From assembly GCA_029717555.1 (NCBI GenBank), contig JAMDHS010000048.1, positions 62,001 to 126,000 on the forward strand: a stretch of 64,000 nt of DNA, written 5' to 3'. Shown piece after piece: positions 1 through 12,137 of the stretch. Origin of the DNA: Peribolospora baueri (lineage: Eukaryota). Position 1 is the first letter of the stretch. Every line of letters starts with the position of its first letter. A model generated the notes under the pieces. It was not told where the DNA came from. It did no database searches and saw only the letters and a list, made by a program, of their open reading frames with translations. The position numbers were made by a program, and so were the translations under genes.

Positions 1-160
1 GCACACACATTCCCAGGCCGTCGTTTTCATCTTATCTCGTTTCGTCTCGTTGCTCCCTGCTTCGCTTTCCTCCATCGACTCCATACCGGCCGTGTTCCTT
101 GCTCCTCTCGCTCGCATCGCCCACCACTCGCCGTCCTAATCACCCTGATCCCCCAAAAAA

Positions 161-3100
161 ATGACGACAGTCGCTCCCCTTCCCATTCATACCTCATCCC
201 ATCCCCCTCCTCCTGCCGGCGAGCCGAGCCCGCCAAGGCGGCTCTCCTCCACCAACGTCGGCTCGCCCGGCTTCACCTCCTCCTTCTCCAATCTCGGCGC
301 TCCCCAACACCCCTTCGTCAATACCGTTTCTCCGCGCTCCTCCAGACAGAACCTGCCCGCGTCAGTGGAAGAAGGATTCGGCGGCGGCGGCCGGCGACGC
401 AGCAGCAGCTCCTTCCGACGCCGCGGCTCGCTCCACCAGCAGAACCAACAGCAGGACCTCGGGCGCTCCGCTTGCAGCCTCACCCTTCTCGGCTCTCTCG
501 TCGACCGATCTGGCTCTGACGACACCGCCCCGTGTCAGACGCATGACCGCGATCGCACCGACGACGGACACGAACAAGAACGAGCACGGCCGTCGCCCGG
601 ATTCGGTTTCGGCGCCATCCGCATGGTCCCTCTGACCGATGACGCCATCGTCCTTCCTTATCTCGACCGCCCCCGAGAAATCAAGGACGCCTTCTTCTCC
701 GACACCTCCTCGCCCGCCGCCGCCTCGCTCATCTCCACTCTCCACCCTTCCCTCGGCTGTTGCCTCTTCGAGACGCTCAAATGGCTCATGACCGACGTCG
801 GTCGCGACCAGCTCTCCGACGACGCCTGGCTCGCCATGATCCGCGATATAGTAAGAGACAAAGGCGAATGTCTATGGGTGTCCCTCGCCGGGGCCATCGG
901 TGCGCCCGTCGGCTGGGGACAAGCTGACGTTACCCCACCCACGCGGAGGCGGACCGTCCGCAAGGGCGCCGGCGGAGGCGAAGGCGAAGGCGGGGGCGGA
1001 AACGGCGAGGCGCTCGCGCGCGCCGACCAGCAACAACGTCGTCGTGAATCGGACGAACAGGTCCGCGACGCCGACCTTCGTGCCGCCGAGGCTTCCGTCG
1101 AGGAAGCCGTGCGCGACAGCGCCGCCGACCGGTCCGTCCTCTACGCCGACGACGTCGAAACCGAGTCCGAGTCCGAGGTCGAAGATACGGCCATCTTCTT
1201 CACCCCCGTCGAGCGCGACCGCTACCACCATGGTCCACGGCGGCGGTCGGAGGAGAACGAAACCCACCACCACCACCTCATCAAAGAGCCCGGGTCGTAC
1301 AAGACCCTCGCCGAACTGGTCCCGCCTCAAGTGCGCATCATCGCTCAAGAAGGTAACGGCGAAGGCGTCGACGACGGCGGCGGCGAGAGGGACAGGCTCG
1401 GCCTCTCCTCCGTTCCCGAGCACGACGTTACCGTCTCCCCACCCGCTCGCTCGCGCGACAACACCTCGGTCTCCGCTAACAGCTTGCGACCGAGCGTTAA
1501 CAACTTTGAGCTCTTTTCCAGCCTCTCCGGCACCTCTCCTGACGCGACTCGCGACGCCCCGAAGCCCAGCGACCCCGTCACCACCGCCGCGCCAGAAGAA
1601 GGCGTGGAGAACGCTCCGTTCCAAATGGACGAGCAGCCGGCGTCGCCTGACGACGTGGCGAAGAACTTCAAGACGGACGAACGGTACGTCGGCCTGCGCT
1701 TGCACACGTCGTCCGTCAAGATGAGCGGACCCGGACCCGGGCCTGGACTGGGATCGGGCCAATTGGCCGTATCGCCGCGCAGTCCCGCTTCGGTCTCGCC
1801 TTCGACGACCACCGCCGGCGCGTCCGCCGGGAAGGAAACAATGTCGGACTGGAAGCCTTGCAGGCTCTATCATCTCCTCGGTTCACCGGACGTCGTACCC
1901 AGTCACCCCCACGCGCCACCTCCGCGCTCGTCTTCCGGAGGCGATGATGACCGGAACGTCGGAGACGCGTCTTTCGTGGAGCAGCGTCGACGTCGTTCTT
2001 TTTCTAGCGGCTGCGGAGGAGGAGGAGGGTGCGGCACGAACATCGGTATCCACGGACGCAGCTTTGTGGTAGGCAAGAGCGGCGGCCATGTAGGCTGGGC
2101 CGATGATCCCTCTCCCGTCTTTTCGTCTTCCTCCAGCCCGTGGCCTGGCGCCTTTGCCAGCGTCGGAGGAGGAGGAGAAGGAGGTGGTGGTGGTGATAGT
2201 GGTGGTGGTGGTGGTGGTGGTGTGCATGCTCGACACGCTTCCCACGGCTCCCTCTCTCCCAGCCTAGGAAGCATCGCAGAACACATGGCCGAAGAAGGCG
2301 GCGCCGCCATCGTTCCTCCCGGCGGACCATCTCCTGGAGCGAGCCCTTTCCGTCGAAAGTCCGGTAGCGCATCCCAGCTCTCCTCTGCCTCCGCCGCCTT
2401 TGCCTTCTCCCCCGCTCGCCCGGACGACGGCGGTTCCCGCCCCGCTGGACCACCGCCAGCGTCGGGATCCCCCTCTGGCTCTGGCGCTCTAGGACTCAAC
2501 ATGGGCGGCGGCGGAGAGGGATCGCGTGAGAGGAGGCCCGGCTTCGCTCGCAGCTTCAGCGACCATGCCTCTCGCCCCAGGGAGTACAAGACCGCTGGCT
2601 CCCGCGTCGACTCTACCTCTGCGGGAGGTGGGGTAGCCCACCAGGCGGCTGCGGGAGGTGGAATAGCCTACCAGCCGCCGCCGCCGCCTTCGTCTGCGCC
2701 GCCAACTCGACCGTTCTTCGCGCCTTGGTCAGCCTCCTTCGCACCCCGCCAGCCGTCTCCACCTTCTCCGCCATCTCCCACCGGGCAGACTCGTAGTCCC
2801 ACCGGGAGCCTGCCCGGTCTCCAGTTCGAAGCCGCTCGTCTCGGCGCCGCGCCCTCTTTCGCCGCACACCCGTGGGATCGACATCACCGACTCGGATCGT
2901 GGAAGGGCGCGGGCGCGGCGTTAGCTACGCCGGCGGACGGAACTTCGCTCCGTACCGTGCCCCTTCGAATGAGCACGAGCGAAGGCGCCCAGCACGACGA
3001 CGTCCTCTCCCCTCCCGGCGTTCCAATTCCCCGCAACGCCGCCGCCGACGAAGAAGTGCGCGGAGGTCGGCGCAGGGCTAGCTTCGTCCTTGGCGGCGGC

Positions 3101-3907
3101 AGGAGCCTCGGCTCGGCACAAATTGGTGGGCCCTTCGGCGGCGGCGGCGGTGTCGGAGGCTCGTCCGCGACCAAGGACGGCGCCGAGATGGGCTCGCTTA
3201 GAGAACAACGGCCTTCTTCCGCCGCCGCCGGCGCCGTCGCCGTCGCCATCGGGGAAGCGAGGTCCGCCGACGCTCGAGTCTCCTCCGCCCCGGCTGCGAC
3301 CTCGACGCCGGGTCTCATGCCTTCCTCTTCTGCGTCCACCGTCTCGTCGCTCGGCGAGCGCTATCCCGATCTTCTCGATGAGCCCATGACGCCCGGCAAG
3401 CCAGCGATCAGTCAGCTCCCTCATGACATCCTTCTCCCCGTGCCCCTCTCCGACAGCCGTCCTCAAGAACTCAAAGCGATCCTCGAACACCCGGCCAACG
3501 AGGGCGCCCTCCGAGCCGCTCGCGCCGCGTGCGGCGAGCAAGAGTGGGAAGAGGCCAGGAGGTGGCTCGAGGAGAAGGAGCGGAGCGAGTGGGACGACCA
3601 GGCTCTGCTCGAGCGAGTTGCCACCAAGTTCTCCCTGGACCCCTCCTCGGCCTTTGCTCCTTCCCCCACCGTCGTCCATACCGCGCCACTAGATCCCACC
3701 TTCTCCGCTCCGTCTAAACTGCCGTCCGAGTCGCCTCTAACCGCCCCTGCGACGTCCTCGCCGACGCGTCGTCGCATCTCTTCGGCGGGCAGTGACGAAG
3801 AGTCCAGGGCGTACGCCCGGTGGGTCGCCTTTGACAAAGTGTGCGACGTCCTTGGCGTCGAGAAGACGTGGGTTGAGAGGCTCGGCAAGAGGGTCGGCAT
3901 GGTCTGA
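161..3907 (+). CDS. Uncharacterised 1248-aa, largely low-complexity protein with two copies of a helical domain
   Basis: Single uninterrupted ORF after a CT-rich leader. Rich in Ser/Pro/Gly, with two folded-looking segments (LPYLDRPREIK...; LSDSRPQELK...). Confidence 0.8.
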   Translation: MTTVAPLPIHTSSHPPPPAGEPSPPRRLSSTNVGSPGFTSSFSNLGAPQHPFVNTVSPRSSRQNLPASVEEGFGGGGRRRSSSSFRRRGSLHQQNQQQDLGRSACSLTLLGSLVDRSGSDDTAPCQTHDRDRTDDGHEQERARPSPGFGFGAIRMVPLTDDAIVLPYLDRPREIKDAFFSDTSSPAAASLISTLHPSLGCCLFETLKWLMTDVGRDQLSDDAWLAMIRDIVRDKGECLWVSLAGAIGAPVGWGQADVTPPTRRRTVRKGAGGGEGEGGGGNGEALARADQQQRRRESDEQVRDADLRAAEASVEEAVRDSAADRSVLYADDVETESESEVEDTAIFFTPVERDRYHHGPRRRSEENETHHHHLIKEPGSYKTLAELVPPQVRIIAQEGNGEGVDDGGGERDRLGLSSVPEHDVTVSPPARSRDNTSVSANSLRPSVNNFELFSSLSGTSPDATRDAPKPSDPVTTAAPEEGVENAPFQMDEQPASPDDVAKNFKTDERYVGLRLHTSSVKMSGPGPGPGLGSGQLAVSPRSPASVSPSTTTAGASAGKETMSDWKPCRLYHLLGSPDVVPSHPHAPPPRSSSGGDDDRNVGDASFVEQRRRRSFSSGCGGGGGCGTNIGIHGRSFVVGKSGGHVGWADDPSPVFSSSSSPWPGAFASVGGGGEGGGGGDSGGGGGGGVHARHASHGSLSPSLGSIAEHMAEEGGAAIVPPGGPSPGASPFRRKSGSASQLSSASAAFAFSPARPDDGGSRPAGPPPASGSPSGSGALGLNMGGGGEGSRERRPGFARSFSDHASRPREYKTAGSRVDSTSAGGGVAHQAAAGGGIAYQPPPPPSSAPPTRPFFAPWSASFAPRQPSPPSPPSPTGQTRSPTGSLPGLQFEAARLGAAPSFAAHPWDRHHRLGSWKGAGAALATPADGTSLRTVPLRMSTSEGAQHDDVLSPPGVPIPRNAAADEEVRGGRRRASFVLGGGRSLGSAQIGGPFGGGGGVGGSSATKDGAEMGSLREQRPSSAAAGAVAVAIGEARSADARVSSAPAATSTPGLMPSSSASTVSSLGERYPDLLDEPMTPGKPAISQLPHDILLPVPLSDSRPQELKAILEHPANEGALRAARAACGEQEWEEARRWLEEKERSEWDDQALLERVATKFSLDPSSAFAPSPTVVHTAPLDPTFSAPSKLPSESPLTAPATSSPTRRRISSAGSDEESRAYARWVAFDKVCDVLGVEKTWVERLGKRVGMV

Positions 3908-4551
3908 GCGCATAAGGCGTGAAGGATCCATCCCATCTTGCTCTTTCTTTTTTCCTATTCCTGTCTCGCTTTGTGGTCTTCCATTCCATTTCATTTCCAT
4001 CCATCCATCCATCCAGCCTTTTTCTCACGCCAACGACATCTATACACAGTCGACGGCCTTGACCTGTATGTAAGTCCAATCCGATTTGCTTCCTTCTCCT
4101 TTCCCCCTTATCCCGTCCCTCCTTCTATTCTTTTATCCGTCCCCCACTTCTTCTCGCACAACACGCTCCGCTCATGACCAAAGGGCGACTGTACACGTAA
4201 CCGACCGCCGCCTTGACTCTCTGCTGCCCCTGGTCTCCTTGTACGATATACGACCATGTGTTTATGTATGCCATCCGTACTCCTTTTCCATGTCCTTTCT
4301 CCATGCACGGACGGACGGAGGCAGTCAGCTGAGGTGATCGATCGATCAGCCGGTCGGATTCACGGAGATAACAAAAAATCATGACTGACGCTTCTCGCCG
4401 TGCTCACACCACCGCGGACCACGGACCGCTGCCCCGACCACCATCATCATCATCACCGCCTCGCCTCGTACGTACAGCCCCCCTCCATTCTCTCATCCGT
4501 CTCACTCAGACGCCGGGGACAAACCTCGCCGAGACGGCAAATCGAACCCAC

Positions 4552-5984
4552 ATGGCGTCCCAACAGCAACCGGACCCCAAACTCTTGAGGCGACTCACGC
4601 CGATCAAGAAGATCATCCTCGTCCTCTCCGGTAAGGGCGGCGTCGGCAAGTCGTCCGTCGCCGCCCAGCTCGCTCTCTCCCTCTCTTCCTCTTCCTCGTC
4701 CGGCGACCCGTCCGGCCCGTCTGCCGACGGATCTTCCGCGCCCACACCGACGACAAAGGTCGGCCTCCTCGACATCGATCTCACCGGCCCCTCGATCCCG
4801 CGCATGCTTGGCCTCGACGGCCAAGGCGTGAAGCAAAGCTCGGACGGATGGGTGCCAGTGTACGCGGACCCGTCGCAATCTCTGGCGGTCATGAGCGTCG
4901 GGTTTTTGCTCAAGAGTAAGGACGATTCGGTCGTCTGGCGCGGGCCCAAGAAGAACGCCATGATTCGACAGTTCTTGGGCGATGTACGATGGGGTCCGCT
5001 CGATTATCTCATCATCGATACCCCTCCCGGTGAGCACACCGCGCCGGCGAAGCTCGCCCTTTCCGCACCCTTTTTTTTTCCTTTTTTTTTTTTTGGCTTT
5101 CTGTGCTGATTCAAAATCGGCGGCACTTCAACGTGCGCTGCTCTGTTCACGGCTTTCGCTTTTCCCCCTCTTTCTTTCCTTCTTTCTCGCACCACTTTCC
5201 CCTCGTCTTCGGATTTGCGTTTACACCGACAGGAACCTCGGACGAGCACATCTCCATCCTCGAATACCTCCTCCCCTTCCATCCCGTGGCTGTCATGGTC
5301 ACCACTCCGCAAGCCGTTTCACTGACCGATAACCTCCGCACGCTCGACTTTTGCCGCAAGACGTCTCTGTCCCTGCTCGGCGTCATCGAGAACATGTCCG
5401 GCTACATATGTCCCCACTGCGGAGAGACGATCAACGTCTGGGGCATGGGCGGTGGCGAGCAGCTGGCCAAGCGCGAGCGTCTGCGCTGGCTCGGGCGGAT
5501 CCCCGTCGATCCTGGTCTAGTGAACGTGTTGGACGATGCGAAGCAGGAGGTGGTCGCCAAGTTGGTTGAGAAGAAGGGCGTAGAGGAGGCGCAAGTCGAT
5601 CCTCGGCGTCCTCTCCCGTCCTCCTCAGTCGCCGCGACTAAAGAGCTGTCCGCGCTTTCACTCGCTTCCGATCTGAAAGCTTTGGGTCCGCCGGCGGGAG
5701 AGCTTGGTGTTACCCGACCGCCCTCTTCCACCCCAGCCGCTCCAGGCTTAGACACGCCCGCCGAATCGGCCGCACCGACGGGCACGCTCCTGTCCGTCAC
5801 CCTGCTCGAGCGATATCGCGCCTCAAAGACGTTCCCCATCTTCCAAGCCATCTGCGCGCGCATCCTCGCCGCCGCCGAAGGCAGAGATGTGGAGGACGCG
5901 GAAAGCTTGGAAGGCAAACCCCTCGGTCATCCCGAGCCGCAGAAGGAGAACGGTCAGAGCGGGACGACAGCCCAGGCTGTCTAG
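4552..5984 (+). CDS. CFD1: Cytosolic Fe-S cluster assembly P-loop NTPase (Cfd1/NUBP2)
   Basis: Motifs [39 protein letters not shown] and [11 protein letters not shown]. No N-terminal Cys cluster as found in Nbp35. One intron at 5030-5232 (GTGAGC..AG). Confidence 0.92.
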
Positions 5985-6419
5985 ACGGAGAAGCGGCGCC
6001 GGATGTAGGCCGGATCAAGTATGGCGTTGCCTTTTTGTTCAAATCTTGGAGCATTAGAGACATCAGACGATGGTCGCCTCGATCCCATCCTCGCTCAGAT
6101 CCCTCTAGACCCTCTCGCGGCAAATCAGGCCGGCGCCAAGATGAGGACGCGCTCAAGCTCATTGCCCAACGCATCTTCTCGTCTCTTTCTGACACTCGGC
6201 TGCTCGCTACGAGGTACCGGGCTATTTGAAGCCCGCCTTGAGAGATTCTCAATTGCACGCGCCAGCTCATTATATCAGACATGCTTTTTTCTCACCTCGT
6301 CCCCTAGAATTTGGAGACCTGCCATGCAAGCTGCCGTGCGTGGATGGGACGAGTTGAACTAGATGGTCCGTCGCTTGTGTCACATGGGAGCGAGGGAAGG
6401 GAGGAAGAAGGGCGATCAT

Positions 6420-8109
6420 CTAGAGCTCTGTATTGAAGAAGCCTTTCTTGAAAGCTACAGAAAGTGAGAAGAAGGATGGTTTTGGACCACCCCTTAGCAC
6501 TCGTCTTGGCTCCTCAAAGAGACAACAAGAACGAGAAAAGGACTCACCGCCTGGCTGAAGGGCAGTGGCGTACATGACGAGCGTAATGGGCAACAGCTTC
6601 TCAGGCGTCCCATGTCCACGACCGGGAGAAGGCTTGGGGACGAGCCCGACTTTCTCCCAAGACGACAAGATCTTGCGCGCTCGAGCGTCCCACTCGTCGC
6701 CGCTGTCCGCGGCATGGTGGGAGCGGATGCCGAGGCAAGTGCCGAACTGAGCGGGAGGGAATGAACGGAAAAAAATAAAAGGTGGGTATGGGGAGAGTGG
6801 GGCGAAGGTATTGTCAACTCTTGGACGCGAACGCTGGCGGACGTGAGAGAAAACGCTGCTGACCTCTCGGAAAGCGAGGCGGTATTTGGTCGGCAAATCA
6901 AAGTAGCCCTGGATGAAGAGCGCGTCTATGGGTAGGAAGCAAACAGAGGTAGGCAGACAGTAAGGAAGGTAAGGGGAGGTCACCGGTGGACCTTGGCCAG
7001 AAAATAGCGACCTACAGAGATCCCGAAATGCCTTCTGGGTGAGATAACTCGCCCACTCCTCCTTCCCATCAAACCAGTGCGCCGTCCAGAGTGTCATGCC
7101 CAAATCCAATGGGTCGTCCGAACCGTACCGACGCCACTTGGTCTGCAGGATCTTGTTGTACTCCCCAATCTCTTTTCTCAAGACACCCTCCTCGGCCTTT
7201 CCTTCATCCGTTCCAAGCACCTTTGCAGTCTCCTGCAGGACAGAGAACACGACGTACCCGTCAATGGGGTCCAAATTGCCCTCGCTAGCCACAAGGGGTT
7301 TCGATAGGTCCATTGACATCTTCCAGAACATCCGTGGGCGGGGTGAATCGCGGTCGATCATGAAACGAGGGTGAATGGCCTTGGCGAGGGTGATCGCTTG
7401 ATCGTTGTAGAAGCGGCTCTGAGTGGCTAGAGAGAGGCGGTTCAGGGCGAACATCCAGATGGTTAGGTAATGGTGGTACTGCCAGGCCGGTGAAGAGATT
7501 GGTCGGTTGAGTAAATCTGACGTCCATAGAAAAATGGATTTGCCAGTAGGCACACAAATCCCCCCCCCCCCCCCGGCCAAAGGCTCACTTACTCACCTGC
7601 CCATCCCCATCCGGACCACTCTCGCTCTCCTTCCCAATCCTCAAACCGCCTCCCAAAGGCCTCTCATCCGTCGCTCCAGGCAGCCTCGCGCTCAGGTCCC
7701 TCGTCCTCCCCAACGTCTCATGCACAGCATTCACGAGCCTTTTCGCCAAGCACACATACCGCTCATCGCTCGTGCTTGCATGGATGGTTAGAAAGTTCAC
7801 CACGCCAAAGGCATCAGTCCACAGGTATCGGCCACGGTGGCCTTCGAGCATCGGTGGGGGCGTCCAAGCTGAGGCGGCCTCAGGCGCGAGAGCATCAAAG
7901 GGCCCATAGACCTCTTGCATAGCTTCTTTGAAGGCCCCTACCCACTGTGGCGGGGAGCTGGACGTAGCAGCGGAGGAAGACATTCTGAAGACCCGCTGTG
8001 TGTGCGACAGAATTGGAGCGCGATGGCGGCGACGGAGGTAATAACGTCTCAACGGCGTGGAAAGCAGGCTGAGTTTTGGACGGATGGGAAAGGGTACCGA
8101 GAGCGGCAT
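6420..8109 (-). CDS. Conserved uncharacterised protein (GRYLWTDAFGV family), multi-exon; start 8109 or 7983
   Basis: Spliced ORFs 7585..8181 and 6420..7580 give GHRGRYLWTDAFGVVNFL, DGDGQ|YHHYLTIWMFALNRL and RLAFRE|FGTCLG, with canonical splice sites. Confidence 0.8.
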
Positions 8110-8428
8110 CGACCTCGAGGTGGGCGCCAAGCGACGGCCAAGTGCAAGTAGACGCTGAGAGGGGGTTAAGGGATGTGTCAAGGTGAGGAACGATCGGCTT
8201 AGTCAAGTAGATATCGGCGCACGGACTCTAGTTAACGCTACTTGATCAGCACGGTCAAGCCTCTGGTATACGGATGCCTATTCTTGGACCCAGGATGAGC
8301 CGCGTACTCTACAATCTACCGCACAGAAGGACGAGCCAAGGCCGGTCGGTATATGTGGGACAAACTCGTCTCGACGCACAAATGGACAAGACCAGGCTCG
8401 CTGCAAGAACGCGTCGTTCGTTTACCGA

Positions 8429-11400
8429 TCAGGTCTTCGAGAAGTTGAGCTCCTGCTGGATCTCCGCCACTCTGCGACCAGGCAAATGCGAGAGAGAGAG
8501 AGGGACGGTAAAAGCAAACAGGCGGATCAGCTTGGCCGCCAGCTTCGAGCCGAGCGGCAACGGAAATGCGCGACGGCAGACAAACTCACCGAGCCTTCCA
8601 GCCTTTCACCTCTGCCAGCTTGGTCTCCAAGTCGGCAATCTCCTGGTCCAGCGTCATACGCTCTTGAGCGCCTCCGATCGTGCTCATCTCCCAGCCTCCC
8701 TTTTCGCCAGTGAGGCGGAGGAGGTGGGTGTGATACTTGAACAGGGACGGGCGGTGTGAGATGGTAATGAGCGCTGCATGCGTTCCGCGACCAGGTGCAA
8801 GGGTGAAGAGATGAGCGGGGGGGATTGCGAACACAACTGAAGAAGACGAGAAAGGAGGTCACGTACAGATCCCGAGCTCTTTTGCATGCGTGTACATGAG
8901 ACCTTCGACGTCCGTGCTGACCGCGCTTGTGCACTCGTCAAGAACGCCGAATCGGGGACAATGGTAGAAAAGCCTCGCCATGCCCATCTGCACGTCGAGA
9001 GTGGAAGGAGATCGAGCGAAATGGAGGGTACAAGTCAGCCAGAACGTCGAAAAGAAGAGCGCGCAAGAAAAAGGTAAAGTGGGCTAACCCGCTGCTTCTC
9101 GCCACCAGACAGAACGTCTTTCCACTCCTTCTTCGTCTCCCACCCGCCCTCTCTCTCGGGCAAGTAAGCAAGATGAACCTTCTCGAGGATCTTCAGCAAG
9201 TCGGCATCCGTCTTGCCGGAGCCTTTGAACTCTGTATACGAATGCGGATAGACGACTCTGAAGAAGACGGAGAGGGAGAGAAGAGGGATCGTGATCAGCA
9301 TGGCCCGGGGCCATAAGAAAGGAAAGAGAGGGACAGCTCGTGGAAGCCTAACGAGTGAGCCGGAGGAGGAAAGTTGAACGACTCACTGGTCTCGCAAGCT
9401 GCCGATGGCGAGGTAAGGTCTTTGCGGCAAGAACATGATCTCCTTATAACTCGGCCTCTTCAGCTCTCCCTTCCAAACGGGCCAAAGCCCAGCGACGACG
9501 CGAGCAATGGCCGTCTTTCCAACGCCGTTGGGACCAGTGATGAGCATGTGCTCCCCGGGCTGCACGCTCACGTCGAGGCTCTTGACCAGTTCTTCTCCGC
9601 CACGCTCCATTCCCGGCGCGGGTGCTACGATCGGGACATTCTCAAACGCCATGCCACCCTTATCTCCGTCTGCCGCAACATCGAAGACGCCGTGGATGTT
9701 TCCGAGGTCGTAGAAAGGCTGGTCGGCCGGGAGGTCGGACGGACGAGGCAGCGTCTGGAACTCATCGTGGTTGAGCGCGTGGAGCGTCGAGATGAGCGTG
9801 TACACGCGCGAGGTGTAGCCCGCCAACTCGGCCAGGTCCTTGTAGGACGCCATGAGACGAGCTCCGGCGTCGGCGAGAGAGATGAGCAGACGGCGGTTGG
9901 AGATGTAGCCTATACCGGCAAACGGAATTGCCGTCAGCCTTCAATCCCAGTCTTTTCAGTAGCAGCAACTCCCACTTCTCTGTCCAACAGATACTGCATC
10001 ACTCACTCTCTGTGCGATTGGCAACCTCAGAACGCTTGTTTGATGCCGCCTGTCCAGCATCAGAAATGCTCGGTGTCCGTTTAGGAGCCTTGCGACCGGT
10101 GAGAACTGGAAGGGCGATGATGATGTACCCAGCCGCGGACCATGCGTATTTCAAGACGAAGTCTTCTGTCATCGAGTACGCGATTCTTATCTAATCAAGG
10201 CAATGGCCACAGCCGCGATGCAAGCATCGATTGTAGTGTCAGAGAGAGCCGATGGCAAGAAGAAAAGGGGAGGAAATGTATGCACCTTGAAAATGGAGTT
10301 GATGTGCCTGATGAGCTTGCGATAGGCCCTGTTGAGGATGTCTTTCTCCAGCAGAGCCCCGTTGTAGAACCTGTTCGTTCGACCGAGTCGACAACCGATG
10401 CCAAAAGAACGGAAAAAGACGAATGAACGCCGTGTGCCACCTATCCACCTCACCAGACGGTGACTCACGCAATCTCCTCGCTATTGGTGATGAGCCTGCT
10501 GTGCGCGTTCCTGAAATCACCCTCCAGCTTAGCCTCGATGGCAGCAAGCTTTCCGAACGCCGGCGTGACGCTCCTCAGAATGCGTCCGGTGACGAGGTAG
10601 TTTAAGAACAAGCCTATGACACCCCATTTGCCCAAGCTTCGGCCGAGTTGGTAGTTGAAGATGATCAGGTCGAGAGTCGGCTTGGAAATGTTGGAGCTGT
10701 ATGCGAGGAGAGAGAAGAACGATGCTGAATGAGTGTCAGCCATTCCCGGAAGACGGGGAACAGCAAAACTCACTAGAGCGCGGCGAGCGTGTCGCAGAAG
10801 CGGGCCACGTCCGTCGTGATGAACTGGTCAGCCGCGTCCAGCCTTCCGTCCAAATTGATGATCTGGGCGAAAAGGGATATGAGAGACAAAACCATCGCCG
10901 CTCAGAAAAAGCAAATGGCGTCGTAACCCCTAACAGAAAAGAATCGAAGGGAGAACATACCTTGTAAAAGTTCTTGCTTGGACTGAGGTACAAGTCGTGG
11001 ACGTAGCGAGTAAGTCGGGTACGGAAACCGATGGCGAGCTTGGACTGTAGGTAACGGATCTGCGAGACGACAAAAAAAAACATGTTCGCCTCAGCAAGAA
11101 CACCAGCCATGACTACGGAGCAGGCGGGCGCCGTAATCAAGCCTCACCATGGAGTTGGTGTACGTGGACGGCAAGGCAAGGAGATACCAGTACACGAGAC
11201 CTCTAACGAAACCCTTGGCGTTGGCGGATACCTGTGATTGGGCGAGCCAGAAAATGCATGAAGCAAGCTTCAGACGCCGTCGCTCGCTCGACCCCGAAAA
11301 ACATGTCGGTGCCTCATCCCGACTCCGAGCGCTGCCACTTACGAGATCTCGAACGATAGCCCCGTCGAGACGGGCGACAAGGACGGAAAGATACGTTCGG

Positions 11401-12137
11401 AGAATGAGGAAGGCAGTGTGGAGAATGAATATAAAGACCTCTTTGGTGTTTGTGCGAGGAATGAGGATGCGGAAAATGGCTCTGCGGCGGCGGAAAATCG
11501 AGGAAATGAGCACAATCGACGAGACTTGAGCAGACCGCGAGGGCGACCGACGGCGGAGGGCTCACCGGAGCTGTCGGAAAAACTCCTTGTTCACACCGAC
11601 CCTCTTGGCCGTCGCAGCAGCTTGGCTTCCCGCTTCCCTAATCTCCTTTGCGCTCTGCAACCTCCCCTGCTCCTCCACCTCCTTGGCGCTCTTGCCAGCA
11701 GCCGCGGCCGCGGCTTTTCTCCCAGCGATCCCGGAAGAAGACAAGGGAGGGGCCCGACTAAAATGTTTTCGATGGGCCTCGTACGTGCTAAGCTTGACGG
11801 GCTTGATGAGCACTTTGCTCACCTTTCCGCGGTGCGGTACGAGGAGCTCGCGCGAGTTGTCGGCGTGCATGATATAGAGCTCTTCTTGTTCGGCCCTCGC
11901 CAGCGGCGGCGGGTTGGACGACGAGGACGCTGTTTGGGGCGACGCAAGCTCCTTGCGACCGCCAGTGCGCGAGTCGGCCCGGCGGAGAAGGCGGAGGAAA
12001 GGTTCGGAGATCTGTCTGCGGAGAAGGATCAGGACGAGGGCCAAGACTAGGGCCGCCCTGTCCTGGGGTATGCCACGGGCGACGAGGAACTTGCGTACCC
12101 GGTGAAGCGACGAGGACAGCTTGGACTGGGTGGCCAT
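8429..12137 (-). CDS. PXA1: Peroxisomal ABC half-transporter, ABCD family (Pxa1-like), multi-exon
   Basis: EAA-like motif [21 protein letters not shown], Walker [16 protein letters not shown], signature LSGGEKQR, Walker [12 protein letters not shown]. Ends [12 protein letters not shown]. Confidence 0.9.
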
